From Basidiobolus meristosporus CBS 931.73 (lineage: Eukaryota > Fungi > Basidiobolomycota): a DNA stretch of 64,000 nucleotides. Positions 63,165-64,000 of this stretch are shown here, piece after piece (positions within the stretch are counted from its first letter, which is position 1; every line of letters starts with the position of its first letter). The notes under the pieces were generated by a model. The model was not told the origin of the DNA. It ran no database searches and worked only from the letters and a program-made list of their open reading frames with translations. The stretch covers positions 39,015 to 103,014 of the forward strand of contig MCFE01000287.1 in NCBI GenBank assembly GCA_002104905.1, read 5' to 3'. A program made the translations under genes and the position numbers.

Positions 63165-64000
63165 GCGCAAAATGATCAAAGATCAGCTAATTTCTGGAGT
63201 GAAAATTGATCCCCCAGCTAATTTGGAGCACTGTGAAGCCTGCATATATGGGAAACAAGCCAGACAACCGTTCAAAAGCTCTGGGTTAATCAAAACTAAG
63301 AAAAAATTAGATCTAATTCACTTGGGTCTGTGTGGACCTATGAAAAATTTATCCTTAGGTGGGATGAAGTGTTTAATCACTTTTATTGATGATTATACAA
63401 GATACACATGGGTCTACTTCATGGAGAGAAAGGAAGAAGCTCTGTCTAAGCTCAGGGAGTTTAAAGCCATGGTGGAGAGAGAAACTGGTGAAAAAATCAG
63501 GAAAATACGCTCTGACAATGGTGGAGAATATACCTCAAAACTCTTCATCCACTTCTGCAAAATTCATGGGATAAAGCAAGAGCCTACTATACCATACTCC
63601 CCACAGTAAAATGGAGTAGCAGAACAAGCTAACAGATCAATAATTGATATGGCAAGATCTATGATCCATGATCAAAAATTATCCTATGATGTTTGGGTGG
63701 AATTAGTTGCCACTGCTGTATATCTTAAAAATAGGAGTTATAACAGAATACTTTGTGATTCTACTCCATTTGAAGCATGGTATGGATACAGACCAAGTGC
63801 AGAGCATCTAAGAATATTTGGGTGTACAGCATATGCCAAAACACTGGCCGGAAATCAGTCAAAATTTGAGCCAAAAAGTGTAAAATGCATATTTTTGGGC
63901 TACTGCAATGAGAGTAAGGCATACAGACTCTACAATACCAAAGCAAAGAAGCTGATCAAGTCCAGGGATGTGTTGTTTGATGAAAATTCAAAAATTTCAC

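Larger units (their letters stand above)
55890..64000 (+). mobile_element. Copia element 2 (degenerate): LTR 55890-56238, gag-protease 56270-57241, integrase 63165 to window end; interrupted by a Gypsy element
   Basis: LTR about 97% identical to LTR1; KLDGSNYQVW gag start, Cx2Cx4(Y)x4C knuckle, WYIDSGA protease; CEACIYGKQ, TFIDDYTR, IRSDNGGEY, PYSPQ*NGVAE integrase. PR-IN order is the Copia order. Confidence 0.93.

Overview
Gene-dense fungal nuclear DNA with short 45-80 nt GT-AG introns. My impression is an early-diverging fungus (Basidiobolus-like), but this is unverified. Bases 1-55 kb carry about 24 protein genes, including SGT1, GLR1, VTS1, SEC2, RNH1, a C2H2 TF, a PPR protein, two ornithine aminotransferases, two PDR ABCG transporters, a GH17 glucanase, UTP5, a fructosamine kinase, two alpha-arrestins, VPS34, HEM4, HMT1, a CRAL-TRIO protein and SAC3. 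Bases 55.2-64 kb are a CpG-depleted, apparently five-level nest of dead LTR retrotransposons (Copia LTR > Copia > Copia > Ylt1-like Gypsy > solo LTR with a 4-bp TSD). The most striking structure is two adjacent gene palindromes at 16.2-30.4 kb. The first is a head-to-head OAT pair whose 99.3%-identical arms run from codon 8 to 13 nt past an AATAAA, roughly the limits of the mRNA. The second is a tail-to-tail PDR pair with mosaic gene conversion, including a ~790 bp identical NBD2 block, which could act as an invertible domain-swapping cassette. No tRNA, rRNA or CRISPR array was recognised. All counts were made by eye and no database searches were run.
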